A stretch of DNA of 48,342 bases from Aeromicrobium choanae (GTDB lineage Bacteria > Actinomycetota > Actinomycetes > Propionibacteriales > Nocardioidaceae), in contig JAJUII010000001.1 of NCBI GenBank assembly GCA_029265505.1, forward strand, positions 1 through 48,342, read 5' to 3'. The notes under the pieces were generated by a model that saw only the letters and a program-made list of their open reading frames with translations, was not told where the DNA came from and made no database searches. Shown piece by piece: positions 8,809 to 18,376 of this stretch. Position numbers and translations under genes: made by a program. Positions within the stretch are counted from its first letter, which is position 1, and every line of letters begins with the position of its first letter.

Positions 8809-10833
8809 ATGAGACTCCGCCTGCGGCGTCCGTCCATCATCGTCACGGCGGCGTTCACGTCGATCGTCCTGGCTGCGGGCGTCGTGCCCGCCGCCGGTCA
8901 GGACGAGGTGCTCTTGGAGGCGCCGATGCGCGGCACCGACGATCCGCAACCGGCGACCGGCCTGATCGTCCAGTTCGACGAGGACGTCTCGGCCGTCCCC
9001 GAGGACCTGGTCGAGGACGTGGCGGAGGAGCTGCCGGACGGGCTGGAGATCACCGAGGCCGAGGCCGGTCCTGAGGACCTGGCGTTGCTGAGCCTGTCGG
9101 ACGAGGTGGACGCCACCGAGCTCGACGAGGCGATCGACGAGCTCGAGGCACGTCCCGACGTCGCGTGGGCGATCCCCAACGGCATCCGCTTCCCGCAGGC
9201 CACGGCGAACGACCCCCTCTACACCAGCGACCAGTGGAACCTGCACGGGACCTGGGGCGTTCGGGCGGATCGCGCCTGGGATGTGACCACCGGACGCCCG
9301 TCGGTGCGGGTCGCCGTCATCGACACCGGCATCCTCAAGTCCCACCCGGACCTGAAGGGGCGCCTGGCCAAGGGGCGCGACTTCGTCGATCGGGACTACC
9401 GCTGCCTCAACGTGACGTGCACCAAGACCAGGTCGACCGGGACCTCCCGCAGCGCCGGTGACGGAAACGGCTGGGACTCCAACCCGGCCGATCCGGGAAA
9501 CTGGCGCACGGCGTCGACGTGTCGTCACTTGGGCCCGGAGTTCGACCCGAGGACCAGCAGTTGGCACGGGACGCACGTGGCGGGGATCATCGCCGCCAAG
9601 CGGAACAACCGGCTCGGCATCGCGGGCATCGCCCCCGGCGTGAAGGTCCAGGCGGTGCGCGCCCTCGGTCGTTGCGGTGGATCGGACTGGGACATCGCGA
9701 TGAGCATCGTGTGGGCCAGCGGCGCCAAGGTGCGTGCCTACGACAAGAAGCACGGCAAGATCAAGGTCAACCCCAAGCCGTCGCAGGTCATCAATCTCTC
9801 GCTGGGCAGCTCGGTGAACACCGCCGCGCGCGCGGCGAAGATCTGCCGCTTCTACGCCAAGTTCGCCGCCGTGGCGCGCAAGCGGGGTGCGACCCTCGTC
9901 GCCGCCGCCGGGAACAACTACGGCAACCACGCGCTCAACGTCCCGTCGTCATGCCCCGGTTACATCGCGGTCGCCGCGACCACGACCGCCGGGGCCAAGG
10001 CGGACTTCTCGAATCAGGGCAAGGGGATCGACGTCGCGGCACCGGGTGTCCGCATCCCCTCCACGTACAACACCGGAGCCCGCGGGCCCTCGACCCATGC
10101 CTGGGCGCTGATGTCCGGTACGAGCATGGCCGCGCCGGCCGTCTCTGCCACGGCGGCACTGGCCTATTCGGTCGGCATCTCCCATCCCGTGGTCGTCGAG
10201 CGTGTCCTCAAGGCGACCGCCCGACGAGCAGGTGGGTGCTCGGTGGCCCAGTGCGGCGCCGGTGTGGTCGACGCCGACGCCGTCGTGCGGGTCGCCGCGC
10301 CGCTGACGGCTCCCAAGATCGTGGGCACTCCGCGGCCAGGGCGCACGGCTCGCTCGACCCGGGGACGCTGGCGCAACGCCTCGGCGGTTCGACTCACCTG
10401 GTACCGGGGATCGAAAGCGGTCGCACAGGGGAGGACGTACACCCCGACGAGGGCGGATCTCGGACGTCGACTCACGGTCCGAGCCGTGGCGACCGGGTCC
10501 ACCAGCCGCCCGGGCATCTACCACGAGTCCTCCAAGGTCGTGAAGGCCGCGACGCGGACCTCGGCGAAGATGCCGAAGCGGGTCTCGAAGTCCAAGCGAG
10601 CCAAGGTCACGGTGCGCGTGGCGTCGTCCTACGGGCGACCGACGGGCAAGATCATCGTCCGCGACGGCAAGAAGCGCATCAAGGTCGTGAAGATCAAGGC
10701 CAAGCACCGCGGGAAGATCACCTTCCGTCTGCCCACGATCGCGAAGAAGGGCAAGCACAGGATCCGCATCGTCTACGGCGGCAACGGGAAACTGTCGAAG
10801 TCCAGCGTCGTGAAGAAGATCCGCGTCCGCTGA
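8809..10833 (+). CDS. Secreted S8 subtilisin-like serine protease with basic C-terminal Ig-like domains (copy 1)
   Basis: Signal peptide, acidic prodomain, catalytic VAVIDTG / WHGTHVAG / GTSMAAP, oxyanion AAAGN. Confidence 0.92.
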   Translation: MRLRLRRPSIIVTAAFTSIVLAAGVVPAAGQDEVLLEAPMRGTDDPQPATGLIVQFDEDVSAVPEDLVEDVAEELPDGLEITEAEAGPEDLALLSLSDEVDATELDEAIDELEARPDVAWAIPNGIRFPQATANDPLYTSDQWNLHGTWGVRADRAWDVTTGRPSVRVAVIDTGILKSHPDLKGRLAKGRDFVDRDYRCLNVTCTKTRSTGTSRSAGDGNGWDSNPADPGNWRTASTCRHLGPEFDPRTSSWHGTHVAGIIAAKRNNRLGIAGIAPGVKVQAVRALGRCGGSDWDIAMSIVWASGAKVRAYDKKHGKIKVNPKPSQVINLSLGSSVNTAARAAKICRFYAKFAAVARKRGATLVAAAGNNYGNHALNVPSSCPGYIAVAATTTAGAKADFSNQGKGIDVAAPGVRIPSTYNTGARGPSTHAWALMSGTSMAAPAVSATAALAYSVGISHPVVVERVLKATARRAGGCSVAQCGAGVVDADAVVRVAAPLTAPKIVGTPRPGRTARSTRGRWRNASAVRLTWYRGSKAVAQGRTYTPTRADLGRRLTVRAVATGSTSRPGIYHESSKVVKAATRTSAKMPKRVSKSKRAKVTVRVASSYGRPTGKIIVRDGKKRIKVVKIKAKHRGKITFRLPTIAKKGKHRIRIVYGGNGKLSKSSVVKKIRVR

Positions 10834-10910
10834 CGAGATCGACCGCGGCGCACGTGCGATGCGCCCTAGGCTGTGCAGGTCGTCCCCCCGCCCTCCGCTC
10901 TGGAGGTCCT

Positions 10911-13040
10911 GTGCGCCGCCGCCTGGTTTCCGCCATCGCCCTGCTCGCATCCGGCTCCCTGGCAGGAGCGGCTCTTCCGGCGTTCGCCGCGCCCACTGCC
11001 GTTCGGGACGAGGCAGCCGCCGCGGTCGCCGAGAGTGAGCACCCTCGCCCGGCCTTGGCGCGGGGTCTGATCGTGAAGGTGAACGAGTCCCGCCGCGCCG
11101 CGCTCGCACGGGCCGCCCAGACGTCGCTTCCCCGAGACGTCCGCGTGGTGGGAACCGCGGCGATGCCCGGCGGCCTGAGCCGCGTGGACCTCGCCGAGCC
11201 GGTCGATCCGGACGATCTGGCGCCGGCGATCGACGAGCTCGAGGCACGCCCGGACGTGGAGTGGGTCCTTCCGGACCGCCTGCGCTTTCGGCAATCCGCG
11301 CCTCCGGTGTGGCCGAACGACCCCGGGTTCCTCGATCAGGGCAATCTGTGGGACGAGCGCGACGAGATCGACGGTGTCCGGACCGTCGGTGGCTTCACCA
11401 CGAAGGCTCCGGTCCTCTGGCGTGCGACCCGCGGCTCGGCCTCGGTCGTCGTGGCCGTGCTGGACACCGGCATCACCGCGCATCCGGATCTGAAGGGGCA
11501 GACCGTCCCCGGCTACGACTTCGTCGACGGGGACTGCACCTGGGTCGGTGACACGTGCCACTACGACGGCAGGTTCGTCAACGCGGGCGACGGCGACGGC
11601 TGGGACGGCGACCCCTCCGACCCCGGTGATTGGATGGACGCCACGATCGCCGCCGGCTGTGGCTGGAACCCCGATGAGATCGCCGGCGCCGACAGCTCCT
11701 GGCACGGGACGCACGTCGCCGGGACGGTGGCCGCGAAGGCCGACAACGGGATCGGCGTCGCCGGGGTGGCGCCGGGCGTTCGGATCCAGCCCGTGCGCGT
11801 CCTGGGCCACTGCGGAGGCTGGGACTCCGACATCGCCATCGCGATGCTGTGGGCCGGCGGCGTCGACCTACGTCACCTCGGCCTCCCGCCCAACCGGACT
11901 CCGGCGCAGGTCGTCAACCTGTCGCTCGGCGCCGAGGCGGACTCCGAGCAGGAGGCCGAGCTCTACTGCTCGGAGTTCTACGACTGGGTCGCCGACGAGC
12001 TCCACGCGCGCGGCACGACCGTCGTGGCCGCCGCGGGCAATGCGTCGTTCGGCGAGTTGGCGCCGGTGTCCCGTTCCGTGCCCGGCGGCTGCGACGGCGT
12101 CGTGACGGTCACCGCGACGACCGAGTCGGGTCACCGCGCGTGGTACTCCACCGTCGGCCCGGGCGCCGACCTGTCCGCACCGGGCGGCGACCTGCAGCTG
12201 GGCGCGCAGCGCGGCATCGCGTCGACGATCAACCTCGGGGCGACGAGTCCGGGTGCCGCCGGCTACGGCGTCGACCAAGGCACGAGCATGGCGACGCCTG
12301 CGGTCTCCGCCGCCGCCGCGCTGCTCTACTCCCTGGGCCTGACGAGCCCGGAGTCGGTCAAGCAGGCGCTCAAGGACGCCGTCCAGCCCTACTCGACCGT
12401 CGCGAAGGGCTCCCCGGTCCCGCAGGTCGCGACCATCGACTGCAACTCCACGGCTGCGGCGTACTGCGGCACCGGGGTGCTGGACCTGTCACGGATCAGC
12501 GCACCCTTGAGCCCGCCGCGAGTGACGGGCCGGCGCCTTCCGGGTGCGGTGTTGACCGCGAGGACCTCGGGACTCACGGGTCCGTCCGCCTCCACCCGCG
12601 TGACCTGGTGGCGCGGTGGGCGTCGGGTCGGGACTGGCACGACCTACCGGGTCGGTGCAGCAGATCTCGGTCGGACGCTCACGGTGCGGCACGAGATCTC
12701 GTCGGGCCCGTTCGCCGGTGTCGGCCAGCGTGCCTCGGTCGCGATCCCGAAGGCCGGCACCCGCACCAGGATCGCGGTGCCGAGGAAGGTGAAGCGGTCG
12801 AAGCGGGCGCGGATCACGGTCACGGTCTCCGCGGCCGGGTTGCGGCCCACGGGATCGATCCGGGTGTTCGACGGTTCGCGACGACTCACCACGAAGAAGC
12901 TCGCGGTCCACCACCGGGGCCGTCTCAGGTTCCGCCTTCCCCGGCTTACGCGGAAGGGTCGCCATACGATCCGCGTCGTCTACGCGGGCGATGCCGGCTT
13001 CCGAGGATCCTCGGCGAAGAAGGTCGTCCGCGTCCGCTGA
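10911..13040 (+). CDS. Secreted S8 subtilisin-like serine protease with basic C-terminal Ig-like domains (copy 2)
   Basis: GTG 10911 after ggagg; signal peptide (M)RRRLVSAIALLASG..AFA; VAVLDTG / WHGTHVAG / GTSMATP. This is the real part of the 9519..13040 ORF. Confidence 0.9.
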   Translation: MRRRLVSAIALLASGSLAGAALPAFAAPTAVRDEAAAAVAESEHPRPALARGLIVKVNESRRAALARAAQTSLPRDVRVVGTAAMPGGLSRVDLAEPVDPDDLAPAIDELEARPDVEWVLPDRLRFRQSAPPVWPNDPGFLDQGNLWDERDEIDGVRTVGGFTTKAPVLWRATRGSASVVVAVLDTGITAHPDLKGQTVPGYDFVDGDCTWVGDTCHYDGRFVNAGDGDGWDGDPSDPGDWMDATIAAGCGWNPDEIAGADSSWHGTHVAGTVAAKADNGIGVAGVAPGVRIQPVRVLGHCGGWDSDIAIAMLWAGGVDLRHLGLPPNRTPAQVVNLSLGAEADSEQEAELYCSEFYDWVADELHARGTTVVAAAGNASFGELAPVSRSVPGGCDGVVTVTATTESGHRAWYSTVGPGADLSAPGGDLQLGAQRGIASTINLGATSPGAAGYGVDQGTSMATPAVSAAAALLYSLGLTSPESVKQALKDAVQPYSTVAKGSPVPQVATIDCNSTAAAYCGTGVLDLSRISAPLSPPRVTGRRLPGAVLTARTSGLTGPSASTRVTWWRGGRRVGTGTTYRVGAADLGRTLTVRHEISSGPFAGVGQRASVAIPKAGTRTRIAVPRKVKRSKRARITVTVSAAGLRPTGSIRVFDGSRRLTTKKLAVHHRGRLRFRLPRLTRKGRHTIRVVYAGDAGFRGSSAKKVVRVR

Positions 13041-13047
13041 GTCCAGC

Positions 13048-16000
13048 TCACCAGGTGTCGATGTAACGGCCACCCTCGCGGACGCCCGGAGTCCAACCGC
13101 CGAGCGCCGCGGTGATCCAGCGCCGCGTGTCGATGGGGTCGATGACCTCGTCGAACTCGTGCTTCATCGCGCCGTTGATGGCCTTGCCCGTCTCGTAGTG
13201 CTGGTCGAGCAGCTCCTGGTAGCGGGCCTCACGGGCCACCGGGTCCTCGATCGCCTCGAGTTCCTTGGAGAAGCCGAGTCGGACCGCACCCTCCAGGCCC
13301 ATGCCGCCGATCTCACCGGTCGGCCAGGCGATGGTCGCGATCGGGCGGGCGAAACCGCCGGCCGCCATGGCTTGGGCGCCGAGACCGTAGCCCTTGCGGA
13401 CGATGATCGTGATCATCGGGATGCGCAGGTGAGCGCCGATCACGAACAGGCGCCCGAAGTGCCGCACGGTGGCCGTCTTCTCCGACTCGGGACCCACCAT
13501 GAACCCCGGCGTGTCGCACAGCGACACCACGGGCAGGCCGTGGGCGTCGCACAGCTGCAGGAATCGAGCCATCTTGTCGGCGGCGTCGGCGTCGATCGCG
13601 CCGCCGAGGTGGGCCGGGTTGTTGGCGACCAGGCCCATCGGCCGACCCTCGACCCGGATCAGCGCCGTGATCGCGCCGACGCCGAAGTCGCGGCGCAGTT
13701 CCAGCACCGAGTCCTCGTCCGCGAGTGTGTCGATGAGCTCGCGGATGTCGTAGACCTGCTTGCGGTTCTCACCGATCACGTGGCGCAGGCGACGCTGGTC
13801 GGCCGCCGTCCACGCGGTCTGCCGCTTCGTGAAGTACGACAGGTAGCGCTGTGCGGCCTCGATGGCCTCCTCGTCGGTGTCGACGAGGATGTCGACGACA
13901 CCGTTGGGGGACTGGACGTCCATCGGGCCGATCTCCTCGGGGGTGAACCGGCCCAGTCCGCCGCCCTCGATCATCGCCGGTCCGGCCATGCCGAGGTTCG
14001 AGTCGGCGGTCGCGATGATGACGTCGCACGTGCCCAGCAGGGCGGCGTTGCCGGCGAAGCATCGTCCGGTGAGGATGCCGACCGTCGGGACGACGCCGCT
14101 GAGCGAGCCGAGCATCGCGAAGGTGGGCACGTTGAGGCCCGCGGCGAGCAGGTTCTGCGTGTCGGTGTCGCCGGGGCGGCCGCCGCCTCCCTCGCAGAAG
14201 AAGACCACCGGGAGGCGCTTGTCGCGTGCCACCCCGAGCATCCGGTCGGTCTTCTTGTGGTTGAAGTACCCCTGAGTGCCGGCCAGCACGGTGTAGTCGT
14301 ACGCCAGTACCGCGATCTCGGTGTCGTCGAGTCGTCCGGTGCCGGTCACGATGCCGTCGGCCGGCGTGTTGGCGATGAGGTCCTCCAGGGAGCGCCGTGA
14401 CCGCTGCGCCGCGACCGGCAGCGAGCCGTACTCGACGAAGGTGTCCTCGTCGACCAGCCGGTCGATCCACTCGCGCGCCATGAGGTGGCCCCGGGCGTGC
14501 CGCTTCGCGACGGCGGCCGGTCGCGCCTCGTCACGAGTGAGCCGGAGTCGCTCGTGGAGCTCGGCGAGATCGGGTCGGATGTGATCGAGATCGATGTCGT
14601 CGTCGCCGGAGTCGTCGTCGATGTGGTCGGGGGCAGGCTCCAGCGTCGCGAGGACCTCACCGGGCTCCACGGTGTCGCCGGGGGAGACGTGGAGCGCCAC
14701 CACGCGGGAGGGGACCTCGGCGTGCACGGGATGCTCCATCTTCATGGCCTCGAGCGTGATGGCGGCCTTGCGGGTGCCGATCACGTCGCCCTCGCCGGCG
14801 TGGATCGCGACGACGGTGCCCGCGAACGGTGCGACCAGGTGCTCGTCGTCTCCGGACGGCGCTTCCTGACGTGCGCGCTCGGCCAAGAGCGCGTCGAGGT
14901 GGTCCGTGGTGACCGATCCGGCGGTCACCTGTGGGTCGGCGAGCAGCTCGGTCAGCAGGTCGACGTTGGTCTCGACGCCCTCGATCGTCAGCTCGCGCAG
15001 CGCGGCGGCCGCCGCGTCGCAGGCCTGGTGCCACGTGCCCTCGGTCCGCGTGATGACCTTCGCCAGGAGAGAGTCGAAGGTGCCGTCGACCACGAGTCCC
15101 TCGCGCACGTGGGTGTCGACACGCACCCCGGCGGGGGCCTCGAACGCGGTCACGGTGCCGGTCGTGGCCACGGCGACACCGCCGTGGATCCGTTCGGCGT
15201 TGACGCGCGCCTGGATGGCGAAGACCCCCGGACGGGGCTCGTGCGGGGAGGACAGGTCCAGGTCGGCCAGGGTGCGTCCGGCGGCCACCTGCAACTGCGC
15301 CTGGACGAGGTCGACGCCGGTGACCTCCTCGGTGATCGTGTGCTCGACCTGCACGCGCGGGTTGACCTCGATGAAGGCGACGTCGAGACCCTCTCCGCCG
15401 GGGGTTCCGAGGCTCGACGCCGACACCAGGAACTCGACGGTTGCCAGGCCGAGGTAGTTCAGAGGCTCGACGAGTCGTCGTGCCTGCTCGACGAGGATGC
15501 GGCGCTCGTCGTCACTCAGGCTCGGGCTCGGCGCGAACTCGAGGATCTTCTGGTGCCGGCGCTGGACGCTGCACTCACGCTCGCCGAACGTGGTGATGGC
15601 GCCCGTGCCGTCACCGAGCACCTGCACCTCGATGTGCTTGGCGTCGGTCATGAGTCGCTCGGCGTAGACGGTGTCGACCCCGAACGCCCGCCGGGCCTCG
15701 GAGCGACAGGACTCGTACGCGGACGCGACGTCCTCGGCGCGGAAGACCTGACGCATGCCGCGACCGCCGCCGCCGGCGGTCGCCTTGATCATGATCCCGT
15801 CGCCGTGCTGGGCGAAGAGCTCGGCGACCTCCTCCGCGGAGGCGTCGGGGCCGGTCGCGGCCATCACCGGCACGCCGAGCGACGTCGCGTGCTCGCGGGC
15901 CGTTCCCTTGTCGCCGAAGAGCTCGAGGATCGCGGGGGACGGGCCCACGAAGGTGAGGCCGGCGTCGGCGCAGGCGCGGGCGAACGCGGCGCTCTCGCTG

Positions 16001-16230
16001 AGGAACCCGTAGCCCGGGTGGACGTGGGTGCAGCCGGTCTCGGTGGCGATCCGGACCAGGTCGTCGATGTCGAGGTAGGCTGCGACGCCCTTGGTCGAGA
16101 GCTCGCGCGAGTCGTCCGATCCGGGCGCCTCGTCCGCGGCGTGAACCCGCTGGACCTGCCAGTCCAGGGCGAGCGCCGCTCGCTCGATCCGGGCCGCGAT
16201 CTCCCCGCGGTTGGCGATCAGTACCTTCAT
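13048..16230 (-). CDS. Single-chain biotin-dependent acyl-CoA carboxylase (BC-BCCP-CT fusion)
   Basis: MKVLIANRGEIA, HPGYGFLSE, GGGGRGMR, ERECSVQRRHQK, EVNPRVQVEH (BC); EAMKM biotin site; EGGGGRPGD and DTPGFMVG (CT). Start at ATG 16230 with ggagg RBS. Confidence 0.92.
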   Translation of the reverse strand: MKVLIANRGEIAARIERAALALDWQVQRVHAADEAPGSDDSRELSTKGVAAYLDIDDLVRIATETGCTHVHPGYGFLSESAAFARACADAGLTFVGPSPAILELFGDKGTAREHATSLGVPVMAATGPDASAEEVAELFAQHGDGIMIKATAGGGGRGMRQVFRAEDVASAYESCRSEARRAFGVDTVYAERLMTDAKHIEVQVLGDGTGAITTFGERECSVQRRHQKILEFAPSPSLSDDERRILVEQARRLVEPLNYLGLATVEFLVSASSLGTPGGEGLDVAFIEVNPRVQVEHTITEEVTGVDLVQAQLQVAAGRTLADLDLSSPHEPRPGVFAIQARVNAERIHGGVAVATTGTVTAFEAPAGVRVDTHVREGLVVDGTFDSLLAKVITRTEGTWHQACDAAAAALRELTIEGVETNVDLLTELLADPQVTAGSVTTDHLDALLAERARQEAPSGDDEHLVAPFAGTVVAIHAGEGDVIGTRKAAITLEAMKMEHPVHAEVPSRVVALHVSPGDTVEPGEVLATLEPAPDHIDDDSGDDDIDLDHIRPDLAELHERLRLTRDEARPAAVAKRHARGHLMAREWIDRLVDEDTFVEYGSLPVAAQRSRRSLEDLIANTPADGIVTGTGRLDDTEIAVLAYDYTVLAGTQGYFNHKKTDRMLGVARDKRLPVVFFCEGGGGRPGDTDTQNLLAAGLNVPTFAMLGSLSGVVPTVGILTGRCFAGNAALLGTCDVIIATADSNLGMAGPAMIEGGGLGRFTPEEIGPMDVQSPNGVVDILVDTDEEAIEAAQRYLSYFTKRQTAWTAADQRRLRHVIGENRKQVYDIRELIDTLADEDSVLELRRDFGVGAITALIRVEGRPMGLVANNPAHLGGAIDADAADKMARFLQLCDAHGLPVVSLCDTPGFMVGPESEKTATVRHFGRLFVIGAHLRIPMITIIVRKGYGLGAQAMAAGGFARPIATIAWPTGEIGGMGLEGAVRLGFSKELEAIEDPVAREARYQELLDQHYETGKAINGAMKHEFDEVIDPIDTRRWITAALGGWTPGVREGGRYIDTW

Positions 16231-16241
16231 GGGAGCCTCCA

Positions 16242-16289
16242 TTGACATTGGTGTCAACACCGTAGCAAATCAGTTGACGGGCGCGTCAA
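16242..16289. promoter_or_regulatory. Paired TTGAC-N6-GTCAA operator-like palindromes
   Basis: ttgacattggtgtcaa (16242-16257) and ttgacgggcgcgtcaa (16274-16289) in the divergent carboxylase/Nudix intergenic region. Confidence 0.75.
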
Positions 16290-16338
16290 CACCTGGGACG
16301 AGTAGACGTCAAACTCGAAATCATGTTCAGATTAGGTC

Positions 16339-16971
16339 GTGAGCGACGGCACGGTCCATGACGTGCGGCGATCGACGGCCGCGGACCTCAGGAAGCGGAT
16401 CGAGGTCAACTTGGCCTCGCGCGACTGGGTGCGGGCCGAGCCCACGCGTGCCGCCGCCGTGTCCGTCATCGCCTTCGACGTCGAGGCGGTCCCGAGCTTC
16501 TGTCTGATCAAGCGGGCGAGGCGCGGCCGCAACGCCGGGCAGTGGGCCCTGCCCGGCGGCAAGGTCGAGCCCGGCGAGTCGCCGCAGGATGCGGCGTTGC
16601 GGGAAGCGTCCGAGGAGGTGGGCCTGCCTGCGGGCAGTCGCGTCCTCGGACGCCTGGACGACATGGCCACGACGTCGGGGTTCGTGATCGCCCCCTTCGT
16701 CGTCGCGGCTCCGGACGGCTGGCGCCCGCGCGCCGCCGACGCCGAGGTCCACGCCTGCTTCGAGTTCGCCGTTCCGGATCTGCTGGGGGACGACGTCGTG
16801 CGGTGGGCGACCGTCGACGACGGCCCGCCGTTGCTGCAGATGCACGTGGCGCCCGGGACGCGGATCCACGCGCCGACCGGGGGGATCTTGTGGCAGTTCC
16901 GGCAGACCGCGCTGCTGGGGCAGGAGGTGTCCCTGGCCGGCCTGCGACAACCCGAGTTCACGCGACGATGA
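16339..16971 (+). CDS. Nudix hydrolase, probably CoA pyrophosphatase-like
   Basis: Nudix box GGKVEPGESPQDAALREASEEVGL preceded by LIKRARRGRNAGQWALP. Confidence 0.82.
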   Translation: MSDGTVHDVRRSTAADLRKRIEVNLASRDWVRAEPTRAAAVSVIAFDVEAVPSFCLIKRARRGRNAGQWALPGGKVEPGESPQDAALREASEEVGLPAGSRVLGRLDDMATTSGFVIAPFVVAAPDGWRPRAADAEVHACFEFAVPDLLGDDVVRWATVDDGPPLLQMHVAPGTRIHAPTGGILWQFRQTALLGQEVSLAGLRQPEFTRR

Positions 16972-16979
16972 CCCCAGTC

Positions 16980-17009
16980 TTGAAGTTGACACCGACTTCA
17001 GTTTATGAT
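16980..17009 (+). promoter_or_regulatory. Putative sigma-A promoter overlapping a TGAAGT-N8-ACTTCA palindrome
   Basis: TTGAAG (16980-16985), 18-nt spacer, TATGAT (17004-17009); tgaagttgacaccgacttca at 16981-17000. Confidence 0.6.
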
Positions 17010-17064
17010 GTGACGCAGGTGGCGACACCTCCACAGACCCACAGCCTCAACCAGGAGTCAGCAC

Positions 17065-18300
17065 ATGGATTTCGAACTGTCCGACCGCGCCAAGGAGTAC
17101 CAGGAGCGACTCCTGGCCTTCATGGACGAGAAGATCTATCCCGCCGAGGCCGTCTACGCCGAGCAGATGGCCGAGTCCGGTGATCCGAACTTCCATCCGC
17201 CGATCCTCGAGGAGCTGAAGGCCGAGGCTCGCAAGCGTGGCCTGTGGAACCTGTTCCACCCGCACAAGAACGAGGAGTGGGGCTCGCCGGGCCTGTCGAA
17301 CCTCGACTACGCCCCCTTGGCGGAGATCACCGGCCGCAGCCCGCACCTGGCGCCCGAGGCGATCAACTGCAACGCCCCCGACACCGGCAACATGGAGGTC
17401 CTGGAGCTCTTCGGCACCGAGGAGCACAAGGAGAAGTACCTCAAGCCGCTGCTGGCCGGCGAGATGGCCTCGGCGTTCTGCATGACCGAGCCCGCGGTCG
17501 CCAGCTCCGACGCCACGAACGTCGAGCTCCGCATGGAGGCCGACGGTGACGAGTACGTGCTCAACGGCCGCAAGTGGTTCGCCTCGAACGCCCTGCACGC
17601 GAACTGCAAGGTGCTCATCGTCATGGGCAAGACCGACCCGAGCGCCGAGACGCACCGTCAGCAGTCGATGATGGTCGTTCCGATCGACACGCCCGGCGTC
17701 ACGGTCGTCCGTGGTCTGCCGGTGTTCGGCTACCAGGACCGCGAGGGTCACGCCGAGATCATCTTCGACAACGTCCGCGTTCCGAAGACCGCGCTCCTCG
17801 CCGGCGAGGGCGACGGCTTCATGATCAGCCAGGCCCGTCTCGGCCCCGGCCGCATCCACCACGCGATGCGCTCGATCGGCATGGCCGAGCGCGCTCTGGA
17901 TCTCATGATCGATCGTGCGGCCAGCCGCACCACGTTCGGTCAGCCGGTCATCATGAGGTCGAACATCCAGGACTGGATCGCCGAGGCCCGCATCGAGATC
18001 GAGGCGACCCGACTGCTCGTCTTCAAGACCGCGTGGCTGATGGACACGGTCGGCAACCAGAAGGCCCGCACCGAGATCGCCGCGATCAAGGTCAAGGCTC
18101 CGAACATGGCGCTCGAGGTCATCGACCGGGCGATCCAGGTCCACGGCGGCGGCGGCGTGACCGACGACTTCCCGCTCGCCAGCTTCTGGGCCCACCAGCG
18201 GACGCTGCGCATCGCCGACGGCCCGGACGAGGTCCACAAGCGCACGCTCGCGCGGATGGAGATGCTGCGCCGCGAGGCGGAGCGCGCCGCCCGCGGCTGA
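17065..18300 (+). CDS. Acyl-CoA dehydrogenase, ACAD10/11 (FadE1/FadE2-like) type
   Basis: NCNAPDTGNMEVL, FCMTEPAVASSDATN, QARLGPGRIHH, QVHGGGG, LRIADGPDEVH. Confidence 0.92.
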   Translation: MDFELSDRAKEYQERLLAFMDEKIYPAEAVYAEQMAESGDPNFHPPILEELKAEARKRGLWNLFHPHKNEEWGSPGLSNLDYAPLAEITGRSPHLAPEAINCNAPDTGNMEVLELFGTEEHKEKYLKPLLAGEMASAFCMTEPAVASSDATNVELRMEADGDEYVLNGRKWFASNALHANCKVLIVMGKTDPSAETHRQQSMMVVPIDTPGVTVVRGLPVFGYQDREGHAEIIFDNVRVPKTALLAGEGDGFMISQARLGPGRIHHAMRSIGMAERALDLMIDRAASRTTFGQPVIMRSNIQDWIAEARIEIEATRLLVFKTAWLMDTVGNQKARTEIAAIKVKAPNMALEVIDRAIQVHGGGGVTDDFPLASFWAHQRTLRIADGPDEVHKRTLARMEMLRREAERAARG

Positions 18301-18306
18301 CACCCG

Positions 18307-18340
18307 GCCGGTGCGGGCACCTGCGGGTGCCCGCACCGGC
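18307..18340. repeat. Perfect 15-bp intergenic stem-loop
   Basis: gccggtgcgggcacc-tgcg-ggtgcccgcaccggc between co-directional genes; no U-tract, so possibly an mRNA-stabilising or attenuating hairpin. Confidence 0.65.
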
Positions 18341-18376
18341 GTCCGGTCCCACCCCGACCCAGGAAGGACACGACGC

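Noticed and set aside
9519-10910. 1173-aa ORF suggesting a giant protein overlapping protease 1
   Set aside because: The first ~460 aa are an off-frame, Arg-rich shadow of protease 1; an RBS, GTG start and signal peptide mark the real start at 10911.
16231-16260. N-terminal extension MLTPMSMEAP of the carboxylase in the ORF track
   Set aside because: It overlaps the RBS and operator; the BC domain begins at MKVLIANRGE (16230).
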